Part shown: in pieces, positions 9,890-22,963 of the stretch
Layout: the number at the start of each line of letters is the position of its first letter
Numbering within the stretch: position 1 is the stretch's first letter
Source of the DNA: Marsupella aquatica
Lineage: Eukaryota; Plantae; Marchantiophyta
NCBI GenBank assembly: GCA_973895155.1
Contig: OZ316896.1
Span: 8,081,539 to 8,145,538 of the forward strand
Direction: 5' to 3'
Length of the DNA: 64,000 bases
Position numbers and translations under genes: made by a program
The notes under the pieces: generated by a model
Told to the model about the DNA's origin: nothing
Databases searched by the model: none
The model's input: only the letters and a program-made list of their open reading frames with translations

Positions 9890-12800
9890 GTGATGGGTAC
9901 CCAAGCACCGATCGCGGGAGGAACTCCACCGGTTCCACCAGCCCCGCAGGTACCAGGTGCGTTGCGGCCCCCTGCGGCTCAGAACGTGTCGCAGCGATCC
10001 TGGTTTCACTATCGACCCTTTAAGGGACGACCCACAGACGACCCTGATGAATGGATAGCTGAGTTCGAGGCCACGGCCAAGGCGAATGGTGAGGAAGCCA
10101 TTAAGCTAACCATTCTTCCAGGCGTACTACGAGGAGAAGCGCGCCCATGGTATAACTTACAACCCCCGGGTGGTACATGGGGCCAGTTCCAAACGGCGTT
10201 CTTGCAAGAATTTTGGCCCGTCGGGATCGAATCTTGGGCCCTGTCAAAAATCGGGCGAATGCAAATGGGTAAGCATGACTCACTTCGCAAATTTCTGCAG
10301 CGGTTCCAGAAGGTTGCCGCCAAGATTCGGCCTAAGCCAGATGACTCTCTGCTGAGGAAATGGTTCGTCAACGCGCTACCCCAGAGGATGGCGTTCTCGG
10401 TGCTAGAAAAGAAGACCACCACTCTACAACAAGCAATTGATAGTGCCGAATCCTTCAAGGAATCGCACTACGCCTCTCAGCTTAATAGGAGGACCAAGCA
10501 TAAGAAGAGCAGGAGGTATCATACCTTCAGCGACTCTGACTCTGAGTACGACGAGAAGAAAAGGAAGAAGAAACGACGACATAAGAAGAAGGGCCGGACC
10601 AGCTCTTCGTCAGACTCTGAATCAGAGTCTAGTGATTCCCTGTCCAGTAGCCCGACATCAACTGGCTCATCCTCCAGCGAGATCGAGTCAGAGTCTCGAG
10701 ACCACAGAAGAAAGAAGGGATCACGGTCAGATACGGGTAAACATAAACCGCGAGCCAAAGTCGTCACCATGGACCCAAAGGCTGCGGAGGTAGAAAAGCT
10801 AAACAAAATCACAGACCGGCTGAAGGCACTGTCGGTGCACTTGGCGGAAAAACCTCCGGACAAGAAGAAACCACCGGAAATCCGAGCGCATGCTTGGTGC
10901 TCCAAGTGTTATCAGTCGGGACATGTGGTGCAAGAATGTCCAAGATGGAACACTCACGTGCACCAGATGGAGTTGGAGCCCGGACAGTCCGAGCCAGAGG
11001 GATGCACGATGGAGTACTTCTTCGAGGATCCAAGTGAGGCGGTGTTCCAGATGAGTATGACGGGACCTCGCACCCTAAGCGGCCACAATCCAGGGTTCCA
11101 TACCCCTTATCCATATCCGGTGAATGGGCGTGGCCCCCAGATGGTCAGCAATCCAAGTATCCCACCTAAACCCGGAGTTTGGCGGACCCCGGTTTGCTAT
11201 AATTGCGAGAAACCTGGTCACTTTGCCCGAGAGTGCACGGAGCAAAGGAAGCAAGGGGATGGGAGAGCGCTTCCATTGTGCCAGGTCTGTCGAACCGAAG
11301 CACATTCCACGTCAAACTGCCCCTTGGTGCTAGCCGCGAAGGCCGGCGCCGTCAGAGCTGCTCAACCTACGGCCCCACCAATTACGGATGCAGTAGTACA
11401 AATGGTAACAATGGAATGGCAGGACGACTCCACCGAATGGATCGATCTCATAGAAGCAGTCGAGCAAACGGGAACGCACGTGGACGACGAGTGCTATCGC
11501 GTTTCTACCCGATCATCCCGCAAGAAGGATAAGTACAAAGAACGAGATCGGAAGGATGCCCAGCAGAAAGAGGCGGTCACAGATAAGAATAGTCCAATGG
11601 AACCAGACGAGCTGGAAGACTACCAGCGGGATAACCCGAAGTTATTCTACCCACGAGTAGAGGAACTGGTCAAAAAGCAATTGGAAGCCTACGAAGCCCA
11701 AGAGCACGAGAAAGCCATTAAGAAGGATATTGCCGATGCTAAGGCGGCCGAAGAAGCCGAGGAAGCTGAGACTGCCTTGCAAACTGAAGTCAAGGGAGCA
11801 GAAGCAGTAAAATCTGCGACCCCACTGTCTAACCAATATGACATCAAAAAGGATGTTCAGAACTGTGCAGCCACAGCCACTATCGGACAACTATTGCAGG
11901 ATAACCCGAAGTATCGGCAACAACTCAAAGAGATGCTGATAGGAAAGAGGAGGCAACGGCTACCTCGGGTAAGCACCTTAGCCGACTGTATGATGATTTA
12001 CCAGGACTTAGGAGCGTCGGAAGTCTCTATCGAGATAGCGGGCTGTACTGTTCGGTTTGTACCGATAGACGGCGGGTCCGGTGTAAACATCATGATAGAG
12101 GACACTTCCGTAAGGTTGGGATATACATCTTATCAACCCACGGCGCGCGCCATTCGGTTAGCAAACGGCGCCAGGATCATGCCACTGGGGACGTTAACCA
12201 AGATATCCACGTGGATTGGAGGCCTCGAGTTCTTTCTAAATTACCTGGTGATGCGACCCGTCCGACCCTCTTCTTATCCAGTACTGCTGGGCAGACCCTG
12301 GTTATACGGTGCCCGAGTCGTTACCGACTGGGGAAGGAAGGAATTACGATTCGGTAACCCGACTACGACGGTGTCCTGGAAGGAAGAAGACTACCAGGGC
12401 GAGACGCCCCAGGGACCCGAAGAATATGACTCGGAGGAGGACATCTCAGAAGAAGAGGTGAATATGATGGAGTTAATCTCTCGCCTGGATGAAGAGGAAG
12501 TCTTCGGGGTAAATGTCGTCCGAGAAGCCCATATTCTGAACCAGCCCAGACCAGCGGCCCAAATCGAAGCACCCGGGAAACCAGAAGGAGATAATGCGGC
12601 AACGGGCGGAGCATTCCCCGGCAGGATGAGCCCTACGAAGGCAGTTGGCCGGCTGGCCTTACCCGGTATACCCGAGGAAAACGCCACTCAGACCATCACT
12701 CCTCCCGCAAAGAAAAAGGTTACCTGGAGCCCCGAGATTCCGTCCGTGATAAAGGAACCCAACGAACTCCCAAAGGAGCAGCCGACAGTCTGGGAACCTG

Positions 12801-15778
12801 TGGCCTACGATGGCACCAGACTAGAGGAATTGGAAGCTCACCTTGACCGGGCCACCAAAGACCATGTGGAGGTAATCCACAAGGAATACTATGGCAGGTA
12901 CACCACCAAGAGGGAGAGAACATTCAACGTCGGTTATGGCCTACGAGCGCCAGAGGAAAAGACCATCCAAGAACTCCTATCGGAATATGAGGACGTCTTC
13001 GCATGGAGTCACCGAGACTTAACCGGGATTTCACCGGCCTATGGCGAACACGTCATCGATCTAAACTTGGGTGCTCATGCCGTCCGAGAAAGGCAACGAA
13101 GACTAAACCCAAGACATTCCGTCTTGGTAAAGGAGGAGTTGGATCAACTGATCATGGCGGACATCATCTACCCCGTCTTATCTAGCGAATGGGTGTCCCC
13201 CATTGTGGTGGTTCCTAAGAAGGTAGGGCCTGATGGTAAACCTAAAATTCGAATATGCCAAGACTATCGGAAGCTCAACGACGCTACTCGGAAAGACCAT
13301 TACCCGCTACCTTACACGGATATGGTCCTTGACATGGTAGCCCGAAATGAGGTGTACACGTTCCTAGATGGATATTCGGGTTATAACCAGATTTGGATCA
13401 GACTATCGGACCAGCTCAAAACCACGTTCATAACCGAGTGGGGAACCTACGCGTTCAGGCGGATGCCCTTTGGCTTATGCAATGCCCCGGCTATGTTCCA
13501 GCGAATCATTATGAATATTTTTCATGACTTCTTACGAGAATTTTTGGAGGTGTTCATAGACGATTTTGCCATCTTCAGAACAATCGCCCAGCACCCAGAA
13601 CATCTGAGGCGGACTTTGGAGCGGTGCCGGGAAGTAGGGTTGAAATTACACCCGAGCAAATGCTTCTTCGGGGTAACGGAAGGAGTGCTACTTGGACACC
13701 GAGTGTCCAAACGGGGGATCGAGGTGGACCAGGAGAAGGTGGCCGCATGGATGAACGTCCCTTACCCAGCGGACCAGAAGGCGGTGCGATCCTTCTTAGG
13801 CTGCGTAGGATACTACCGACGATTCATTCAGGATTTTGCTAAGATAGCCCTACCCCTTACGGAAATGATGAAGCAAGACGCGGTCATAGAAATGACTCCC
13901 CGTCGAAAATCAGCCTTTGACGAACTAAAAAACCAGCTCACGATGGCTCCGATTCTGACTACCCCCGATTGGAACAAGGAGTTTCATGTGTATGTCGACG
14001 TGTCTGGGTTCTGCATCGGCTCAATCCTAAGCCAACTGGACGACGAAAAACGTGACCACCCCATTTACTTTGCGAGTCGACAACTGTTTGCCGTAGAGAA
14101 AAACTATTCGCCCACCGATCGGGAGGCCTTGGGAATCATCTACTCATGTAAAAAGTTTTGCCATTATCTATTGGGGTATAAGGTAGTATTCCATACTGAC
14201 CATGACAGCCTGAAGTACATGGTAAACAAAGCAGACTTAACGGGGAGAATAGCCCGTTGGGTCCTGCTGCTCCAAGAATTTAACTACGAAGTCAGGGTGC
14301 GACCAGGGAAAGCTCACGTAAATGCGGACTTCTTCTCAAGGATCGAAGGGGAGTCGGACGACGCACCTGTCGATGATGCATTCCCGGATGAGGAGTTATT
14401 CCGCGTAGAAACGGACCAACCAACATGGTATGGGGACCTAATCACCTTCCTCTTCACGGCCCGCATTCCAAGTAACATAAACCAAGAGGCCGCGTCGGTC
14501 TTTCTCCGCAAGGCCGCACCATACATGATGATCCGCGGACATCTGCATAAGGAAGGCGTCGATGGGAAAATCCGCAGATGCCTAGACTATAACGAGACGA
14601 TCATTGTCATGCGAGCTATGCACGAGGAAGAGGCAGGAGGACACTTCGCCCCGGTCACCATGGCTCACAAAATCTTGGACGCAGGTTATTGGTGGCCTAT
14701 GCTTCATCACGACGTAGCCCATTTTATCTGAGGGTGTGACTTATGTCAGCGCGCAGGCAAACCTCGCAGATCGGGTAATCATCCTCTTACTCCAATCTTT
14801 CCCCTTGCCCCGTTTGAGAAATGGGGCATCGATTATATCGGACCATTCACTCCGGTAACCCGAGGTCGGCGTTGCCGATACATCCTTCTGGCTATCGACT
14901 ACTCGACTAAATGGGTCGAGGCCCGGGCAACGGTCAAGGATGACGCGGCCACCACTGCCAGGTTCCTGTACGAACAGATCTTCACCCGCTTTGGACCTCC
15001 CTTGGAATTAGTCAGCGACCGCGGGACTCATTTTTTGAACGAAACGGTGGAAAAACTGACTGACCGTTACCTCGTCAAGCACAGGAAGACTACTCCTTAT
15101 CATCCCAAATGTAACGGACTAGCAGAGCGGGCTAATGGCATTGTAGGGAAAATCCTCAACAAAACCGTGGCAGCCCACAAAACAGACTGGGACGACAAGC
15201 TTTTTGCGGCGGTCTATTCGTACAACTTGGCGTTTAAGACCACTACAAACCATAGTCCGTATTTCTTGGTATTCGGACAACATGCGCTAGTACCCGTCGA
15301 GTTCGAGGTTGAGACCCCCCGGGTGCGCATCCGCCACAGACTATCGGAGGCCGCTAGTTTGTCCGATCGAGCATATAAGATCGACAGTCTAGAAGAACAG
15401 AGATTGTGGGCATCGCGACGCGTGGCAGCTAAGCAAGAAGCAACGAAGAAACAACACGACAAGGGACTGCGTCAGGTGGACATCACTGCGGGAGATCTTG
15501 TCCTTCTGTACGATAGTAGGTACATGTACTTCCCAGGAAAGTTACACACACGCTGGCTAGGACCTTTCGTTGTCCAGCAGATGTACCCGAACGGATCCCT
15601 ACAACTATCAACGTACGCCGGCGACCTCTTTCCCAATTGAGTTAGTTACGATCGTGTGAAGAGGTACTTTCACCAGGACAACGAGCGTAATGATGTTCAC
15701 GAGGACGCTTCACACTTAAGTGGGGAGCTATGTGACACGGGCAACATGTCACTTGACCGAACCCAGGTTGAAGATTAG
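9890..15778 (+). pseudogene. Gypsy gag-pol polyprotein in a single frame with two TGA stops
   Basis: Three CCHC knuckles, protease PIDGGSGVN, RT LDGYSGYNQI...MPFGL...VFIDD, RNase H YVDVSG...TDHDSL, integrase GIDYIGP...SDRG...GLAER and GPF motif. Stops at 14729-14731 and 15638-15640; the frame runs into the LTR and stops at 15776-15778. Confidence 0.95.
15718..15727 (+). other. Polypurine tract
   Basis: GAGGACGCTTCACACTTAAGTGGGGAGCTA|TGT has the typical gypsy end-of-pol, PPT and LTR-start arrangement. Confidence 0.75.
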
Positions 15779-18700
15779 GACTTATACGGTCATAAGGACC
15801 GTAGCCATAGCGTAGAATAGCACGTATAGCCGCCAAGTTGCCATTATGATTAGATTAGGAGTAGGTTAAGATAACCGAATAATTACGAGTTCAGGAAAGG
15901 GATTATTACGCACGACCGAGGTACGGTGGCGGCAGCGGAGTAAAAATCAGTTAGAAGAATCACGCTTGGACCGAGACGCCGACTTCAGCTCGTTATCAAT
16001 GACCAAACGGCCTGACCTTCTCACGCTCGGGCTCATCCTGGCACCCCCATAAGAGAGGAGCCGATGGCACTGCGGGCCATTCGATCACGTTTACCTTTTT
16101 GGAATTCATGGACGCTGCCATCCGCTCGCCTTTTTGATTGAATCCAGTCGACCTTTACGAGGAAATTATCGAGGGAGAAGAGCGGAATGTGGTGAGATTT
16201 AGTCAGGACGAGCGAGGCCTCCGCGAAAAAGGACCAGCCAGGTGGGAACGTGGACGCAACGAACCGGACTACGAGGTTAGTATGACCCTCACAGCCTTGG
16301 GATTTTGGACCTTGTTTGGCGAGGTAGGTGCTAAGTTCTCCGAGACTTACTGGTACTCTTGCCCCGAGAAAGCCGCTTACGAACGAAGGTACGCGAAGCT
16401 GGTAACCAAGGTAGCACTGGTTAATTGCGAAAGGACAGCCATCACCAGGGATTCTAGCTATAACGAGCTGCGAGACTACATCACCGAACTATATCTCAGC
16501 GAGGAAGGGCTTAGATCGGTAGCAAAGGCGATTCTTGAGGTTCCAGCTAAGTTCTTTAAGCTGAAGGGCAACCAGCGGCTTACTCAAGCGGAGTTCGACA
16601 AGATTCCGGGGTACCTAGACCAGCAGATCGCAGCCGAAAAGCGCCAAGAAGACATCAGCAGACAACGGGAAGCGGCGCGTAATCTCACGTTCCTCGGGGA
16701 AAGCTCCAACGCCTTCAACTGGGATATGGCTACCCCAGCGCCTCAACCGATGACCACCGAAGTACCGCCGAACCAGTCCCAAGTCCGTCCAGTAATCAAT
16801 GCGGAGTGTTCTTCGGGTTCCGAGCGAGCTAGTTCGCAACTCGAACAGCGTCCTCGTAAGCGGTCAAGGACTACGACGGCCCCCGAATCAACACGGACCG
16901 ACGCCGCGCCTGCACCTGCCCGGGCAAACCCCCCGACCAACCAGACCCGACGGCCCCCGGATAACCCGAAGTCCAACTTATTACAGGTAATCCGCGTCCC
17001 CGAGGTAGTCTGGATCGCGATCAAAAAACTCGAACATGCGGACTATCTCAAGGAGCATCAGTTGGAGCGGTTCGCCCACTTACTATGGAGGCCGTGCGCC
17101 GCCGGGCCGAAGAAGATTTGTGAGTTCATCTCCAATTTCGACACTGATGCGTCGACCACCAAGGTTTCGGGGCAGACCTTATCACTCACGGAGCATCGGT
17201 TAATGCAAATTTTCGGCCTACCAACCGGGCCGGTGCCGGTGGAAATCCAAATTTGGGATAAGGAGTATACGCCGCAGCACTTCAAACCTGAGGGTAAGAC
17301 GGACAACGGATACAAGCAGGGGGCGTGCACCAACTTAACCTGTATGGAGCGGCTTAACTTCATACAGACTACCCTACACATGATTGAGCCACGATCCGAG
17401 ATTTCCCTCTGCACGATCGTGCAGGTGGAACAGTACAAACGACGAAACTGGGCCCAATTCTTCTATCGAAGATTCTCGGGGGAGCTGAAGCGGGCTCAGG
17501 GTGGTATGGCTATTGGAGGGAAGACTTACTTGGGAAGTCATATCGCCATTATCCTCGCCTGGTACAAGGCACGGCGGGAGGCCAGAGGAAAGAATACGGC
17601 CACCTCAGCCCCGGGTAATGTCACCCCCGCCCCAGAGGAGGCAACCCCGACTACGCGGACTACTGTCCCTCGGACAAACCCCGAGCCGAAAGCCCCAACT
17701 AATACTCCGCAACCGCCCCCTATGGAAATTCCACCGCCTTCTTCCGTTGAGCCTCCGCTACCTGCAGTACAACCACCCCCAATCCCTCCACCACCTGAAG
17801 AAACCTTCCCCTCCCCAGCGCTGACTACGGAGGAGCTCATTGCCCCTGCCGAGGAACCACCGGTACCCGAGAGGATGGAGGACTACCAAGTAGCCCCGGG
17901 GACCATGGCCTACGACCTGGTCCAGAAGTTTAGCCAGACTATGTCTGGGGAGTTGGCGACATACATCGGACAACAAGTCTTGGCGTACTTTCAGCCAGCC
18001 TTCTTCATGTTAGAGCACCAACCACGGATTGTCAGCCGCTTGGAAGAAGAACTCATGGCGAAGGGGAATGAGATCGGGCGTCTCCAGATGCTAGTAGAGC
18101 ACCTCGAGGAAGAGGCAACGACCCGCCGCGAGGATTTAGTCCGCACTGTCGAACAGAGGGACGGACTAACCCAGGAGTTAAGCGGAGCGCAGGCCGAACT
18201 CAAGAAGCTGGACGACACCGTGCTTCAATTACGCTCAGAATCTTCGGCTCGGGTTACCAACCTGACCGACCTCAACAAACAATTCCTGCAGGCAGCACAA
18301 CAGGTGGCTAGTCTCTCCGCCGAACGAGATAAATTGCTAGCGCAGGACCAGGTCCATCGCGACGCCATCGACCAGCTCAACTTGGAGGTGGCGCGGCTCC
18401 AGACTGAAGCCGATGAAGCTGCAAACGAGGCGGAGGAAGCATTACGGGACAATAAGGCTTTGCAGGACCACGTCACCCTGCTCATCCTCCAGCGGGGAAA
18501 ACCTGGGCCCACCTCTGATCAAGGTGGCTCGAGGTCTCGCCCCGACAAGGGGACCAGCCCTGGTCCAACCACTGCACACACGTAAGGGGTAGTTAGCGAA
18601 GGGTAGAAGCAGGCGCCGCGCGAGGCGGTTAAGTCAGCAGCATCTTTTAGTTAGGCGTAACGACAGAATGATTGTCATTAGGCGCCGATTAGCGGCAGTA

Positions 18701-19568
18701 GGAAGAATTAGGGCCGGTCAGTTAGGATCAGCCAACGTAGGATTGAGTCCATCAATGGACTAGAGTTTGTCAGTAGGCTTGGCCGCTGCCATTCCGGTTG
18801 GCACACTCATCGTCGACGGTCAACCGGTCAGTGCAGCGCGACCAGTAGTCAGCAGTTAGTTAGTCAGTAGGTAGTACCCCGGAAGGTAGTATCCTCCGGT
18901 TCTCTTCCGCTATGGTAGTATTTAGGCTTCCCCTTCCGCGATGGGAAGGGGGAGAAGGCTTAGTTATCTCAGCAGAAGAAAGGCGAGGCACGGGGAGTCC
19001 CGGCCTGAGTAGGGTCAGAGCGTACCAAGGAGTGAGAGCCAGAGTCAAGCTTGCTGGGCAAGTGCGAGGCAGGGCCTCGTAGAGACTGCGCATCGACTGC
19101 CGTTGGGCCTGCTGTCCCCCTTTGAAGTCGAGTCAACCATGTAAACTGATGCTTCGCTGAGTAAATGTAGTCTTTTCCCCCTAATGTTTCTGAGAGTAAC
19201 TGGTGTTGTGTGTATGCTTTGTCCGGGCAAAGGCGCCATTTTAAGGGACGTACCGGGTGCAGACTAATGGTAGGGATTGCCACTCATTGCATGTCACAAG
19301 TTCCTGTCACGTCGATGGCTTGAAAAGCCCCAAGTCAGGAGTTAGTTCGCGTCACTAACTGAGGGAAAATTCCAGCGGTGGAAAATAAATATACCTATGT
19401 CAAGTACGAATTATGCGAGTGTTATACCAGTAAGTATAGCGGTTTAGCCCGACTTAGGGCTAATGAAGGTCACTACACACCTCCTTGCCCGAACCCTCAC
19501 CCCTACTGGTGGTCGAGGTCGCACCACGACACTAACCCGGATTTAAGGCCCAGGGTAGGGGTGCGACA
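15731..19568 (+). repeat. Inferred 3' LTR of ~3838 bp
   Basis: TGTGACAC...GTGCGACA termini (6/8 inverted match) immediately after the PPT, with TATA-like TATTTAGG near 18919. No second copy is in the window to confirm the length. Confidence 0.65.
16108..18585 (+). CDS. Extra retrotransposon ORF (Athila-ORF/plant-transposon-protein-like domain, Pro-rich linker, coiled coil) inside the inferred LTR
   Basis: 815 open codons from 16138, with an in-frame ATG at 16108 separated by one TGA (16135-16137). Motifs ICEFISNF...VSGQTLSLTEHRLMQIFGLP and NWAQFF...YLGSHIAIIL; C-terminal heptad repeats. Confidence 0.8.
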
Positions 19569-20556
19569 CGTAGTCATCTGTGACTGTTGACGTATCATTT
19601 CTTCGTGCTTTTTCATGTTAAGATCTACAAGATTATCATGCTTTTCCTTGTCCCAGTTGCGACTACTTTCATCCTCAAGAATCTTCCTAGCTGAGTCTTT
19701 CCCAAGGAAATCTAGAAAGGAACTTGTTGTCTTCTTGAACTGCTCATCAAGTTTCTCTCGATGACTTTTCTTGACCCCAGTATATTGCATTCCTGATGGG
19801 GGCGATCTCTGATGCAGTCCTGCTGCCCCTGATGGGGGCGATCGCTGATGCAGTCCTGCTGCCCCCGATGGAGGCGCTCTCTGCTGCAGTCCTGCTGCTG
19901 ATGTTTCCATTGGATCAGCGGGAATAGGAAGAGGAGAATTCACCTCTACATAATTTTCCTCTATGAAATTCGTATTCGTGGCATGTGGAGTATGTCCCAT
20001 ACCAGTTTGCCCAGCCTCCTGCATGAGCTCTTCCTCGACATCTCCACTGTCCACCACCTGGTTTGGTGATGGATTGATCGCTCGATGCGTGCCCATCCAG
20101 CACTCCATGGCATCAAATAATTCGTGAGCGAAATTGACGGGAATTTTCCTGCTCTTCCTTTCATCGCTGCCCATTTCATAGTAGTCAGATTGGCCACTCC
20201 CGACATGATTTTGATAATCATACACTTTCTTGAAGTCTGTGACCAATTTCTCCCAACGTTTCTTGGTCTGCAGTGATTGTCGTGTCACACTATCTCTTGC
20301 AAGGACTACCAAAATCTCTCTCCACTTCTGATCTACAGTCTTGATTCTTTCTCTCGATGTGTGATTCAAGGAAGTCTCGTGTTCCATCCGCTTTCCTTGC
20401 AATTAATAGAAGCAATTCATGTAGTCTCCATTGCCTAGTGGGGGGTTGATCTGAAGCAGGACCAGAAGGACGAGGCCCACTCGCCACAGCTCCACCAACT
20501 TCCCGAGATTGATGTGAGCCAGACTGAACACTTCCACTGGCAGATTGGGTCGCCAT
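19569..20556 (-). pseudogene. Harbinger ORF1, trihelix/Myb-SANT-like DNA-binding protein; frameshift near 20400 and C-terminus cut by the gypsy element
   Basis: WRLHELLLLI/QGKR...DQKWREI...QTKKRWEKLVTDFKKVYDY...YYEM...ERK...P, convergent with the transposase. Contains a 3 x 36-bp repeat (SGAAGLHQRSPP) near 19792-19900. A possible C-terminal remainder lies at 9142-9222. Confidence 0.88.
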
Positions 20557-21029
20557 TCTATCTGAGAAGCTTGATTCGACAGAGGAGCTCGGGGAGGAGC
20601 GTGATCGCGGAGTTAAATTCTCATGAGTTTCTCTGAAAAGAAGATGAATGACATCAATTCCCAATGGTCAGCACAAGAATCTGTTCCCAAGCAATAGAAG
20701 GAAATGGCCACGCACAAAATTACCAATGCAAAGTGAAGCTCACCGAGGGCTAGTGAATTCTATAAAATTTTCCTTGCATCCAGGTTGAGTGCAGCGACGA
20801 AGATGATGCGCGAATGGGCAGGAATTCCAAGACGTATCCTCCATGTTTGAGAGATTGATCAGCAAAAACGGGCGCTAGCGCCATGTAAATGTCAGCCTGC
20901 TGCTCCATCCCGAAAACCTGTCGTAACCCCGAATGCCGTCATCGATATGACCGACTGCAACTGACTGCAAGACGGCTATTGATGGTCATAACACCCATTC
21001 ACCGTCGGAACCAGTCATCACGAGGGCCG

Positions 21030-22183
21030 TCAAAGCAGGGTGGAAGGCCCGACAAGCCTTCCACCCCGAAGTTGAACTCGGGGGCCACCCTGAAGTCGTG
21101 AACGGTTGCAATTGTTTCCAAGAAGGGCGGAGGTTTGAGGGTGATCTCGGATGCCAACCATCGAGGGCTGATGGAATACGCGTCTTAGGAGACAATGACT
21201 CTGACAATAGTACTTACTATTTGTTTTCTTGATATCCTCCTCTTTCAACTTTGTTTCACACAAAGTGGCGTTGCTCGTACATTTGTAACGACTAGATGCC
21301 ACCCAAACATCATCATCCTCCTCACTCTCTGAAGACTCGCTATCATTCGATGATGAAATGGTCACCAACATTTGCTTCTGAACATCCCAAGATTCCAGAC
21401 CTGTAGCCTTCGGAGATGGAGGCTCTTCCTTCACTCTATGCAGCCTTGGAATACCTGGGCGTATTTCAGAAATCCCTCCATTACCGTGTAGGGACCCTTT
21501 CAATATTTTCCTAGGGGCCCTCTCCACCAGGTTGGTTTCCCTGTTTGCGTTTCCGTGACTTGATCCGCTCCCTGCCCCAACACCATGACTCCCAGGTAAA
21601 AATGAGGAACGCACATTAGAATTCCTTTCTGGAATACTTTTCAATAGCACTGGTCATCTAGTTTCTTCCCTCATCCCCCCGTGAAATGTTTCCGACGTTG
21701 GCTTACCAAAGGTTTTACTTTTTGGCATTTGCTTCAGCTGCTGAACACTTTGGAGACTACAAAAATCTCTGTCATTTGCCTCACTTAGTGCCTTCTTCGT
21801 CTTTCCAAATCCAGTCTTGATGAATTCATGAGACCGTTTCCCAGACATCCGAATAGGCATTGAACCTTCTAGATTACTCCCCAATTTGTCCTTTGTTGGT
21901 GACAAAGGAGATACAACTTGACGTCCAGGGGGACCAATACTCTCCAAGGAGTCAGAGGAGCTCCTTGACCTCTCCTTACCACCGACCAACGATTTCTTCC
22001 CACTAATTGCAAGTCGTAAAGGAGTACTTTTTAACTTGCTCATAGGGGTGGGAGGGGTGGCATATCTAAAACAGTAGTTATTCCAGGGATATCTGGGCCA
22101 ACCACTGTGCAGGGGCCATCCGGCAATGAAACATCATCAGAAACTCCATCTGAATAATCATCTGATTTGTAACATGTCGCCAT
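21030..22183 (-). pseudogene. Degenerate low-complexity S/K/G-rich protein with a C-terminal Cys/His cluster
   Basis: ORFs 21654-22043 and 21030-21650 are in frame across one TGA. An upstream ATG at 22183 needs a frameshift. Motif CTSNATLC...YYCQSH; TATAAATA on the minus strand near 22281-22288. Confidence 0.5.
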
Positions 22184-22963
22184 TGGAAAAACTAGTGCAA
22201 ATTGACAAGAAACTCAGAAAATCAGTAAAATCTAACAAATCTCCTCAAAATAATGACCAAGAGTCATGAATAAACGAGCCTATTTATAGTTTTTCACGGA
22301 TTGTTGGGACTTCTTAACTTCAAAAATATCAAATATTCATGAAATTTACAAGCTTTTTCCCGTTAATACCCCAAAATATTCATGAATAATTGGCCCGAAA
22401 ACATTGATTTATCATGATTTGGGGTTAATTTTACGAAGTCGTGCCTGATCCGTGATTAGTATGTATAACCAAGGAACACGGGGCAGCCCATTCATTTTCA
22501 CTCGATGTTATTTGGATTTCCTTTGTAAAAGAGTGAAAAACAATCTCGCTATCCAATTTCTTGCCATTTTCAGCACTCATCGGCGACGTGTCTCGAGTTG
22601 TCATGGTCGCGCTTCATTTTGACCCTGTTTTAGGTAGTAATTTAGACCCTGGGTGATTTCTTCACGTCACCCTCCCTCCGAACCCCATTTCTAATACCCT
22701 TCTGCATCTCCGAGGTGTACATGCGAAGAGAGAGGAGACTCCCTTCATGAATTCATGAAGGTCGGTGCGAGAGGGAGACTCTCTTCATGAATTCATGATA
22801 GGAGTCCTGGGGTGGCCGAGAGCGTTGTTAGATCCGTAAGGACACGGCTTTAGTAGCCATTTGTTGGCACATTCTTTGGTTTTGTGGCACTTTGTCTCGC
22901 AGGTTGGGGTTGAAGTGGATTGATTTTGTGGTATGTTCTTAGGTTTGAAGATCAGGCGGAAAT

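Larger units (their letters stand above)
9890..19568 (+). mobile_element. Ty3/gypsy LTR retrotransposon (non-chromovirus, Athila-like); 5' LTR and PBS missing
   Basis: Domain order is gag-PR-RT-RH-IN, followed by a PPT and TGTGACAC at 15731. The element ends GTGCGACA at 19568, directly cutting Harbinger ORF1. Confidence 0.92.

Noticed and set aside
18943-18958. Purine run GGGAAGGGGGAGAAGG as the gypsy PPT
   Set aside because: Not followed by TG and forms one arm of a hairpin just after the TATA-like box. Kept only as the alternative model.
5389-21176. 16-bp inverted match TTCCATCAGCCCTCGA (5389-5404 / 21161-21176) as Harbinger TIRs
   Set aside because: No TWA TSD or G-rich Harbinger-type end, and about one 16-mer match is expected by chance in 64 kb. 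The true Harbinger TIRs were not found.
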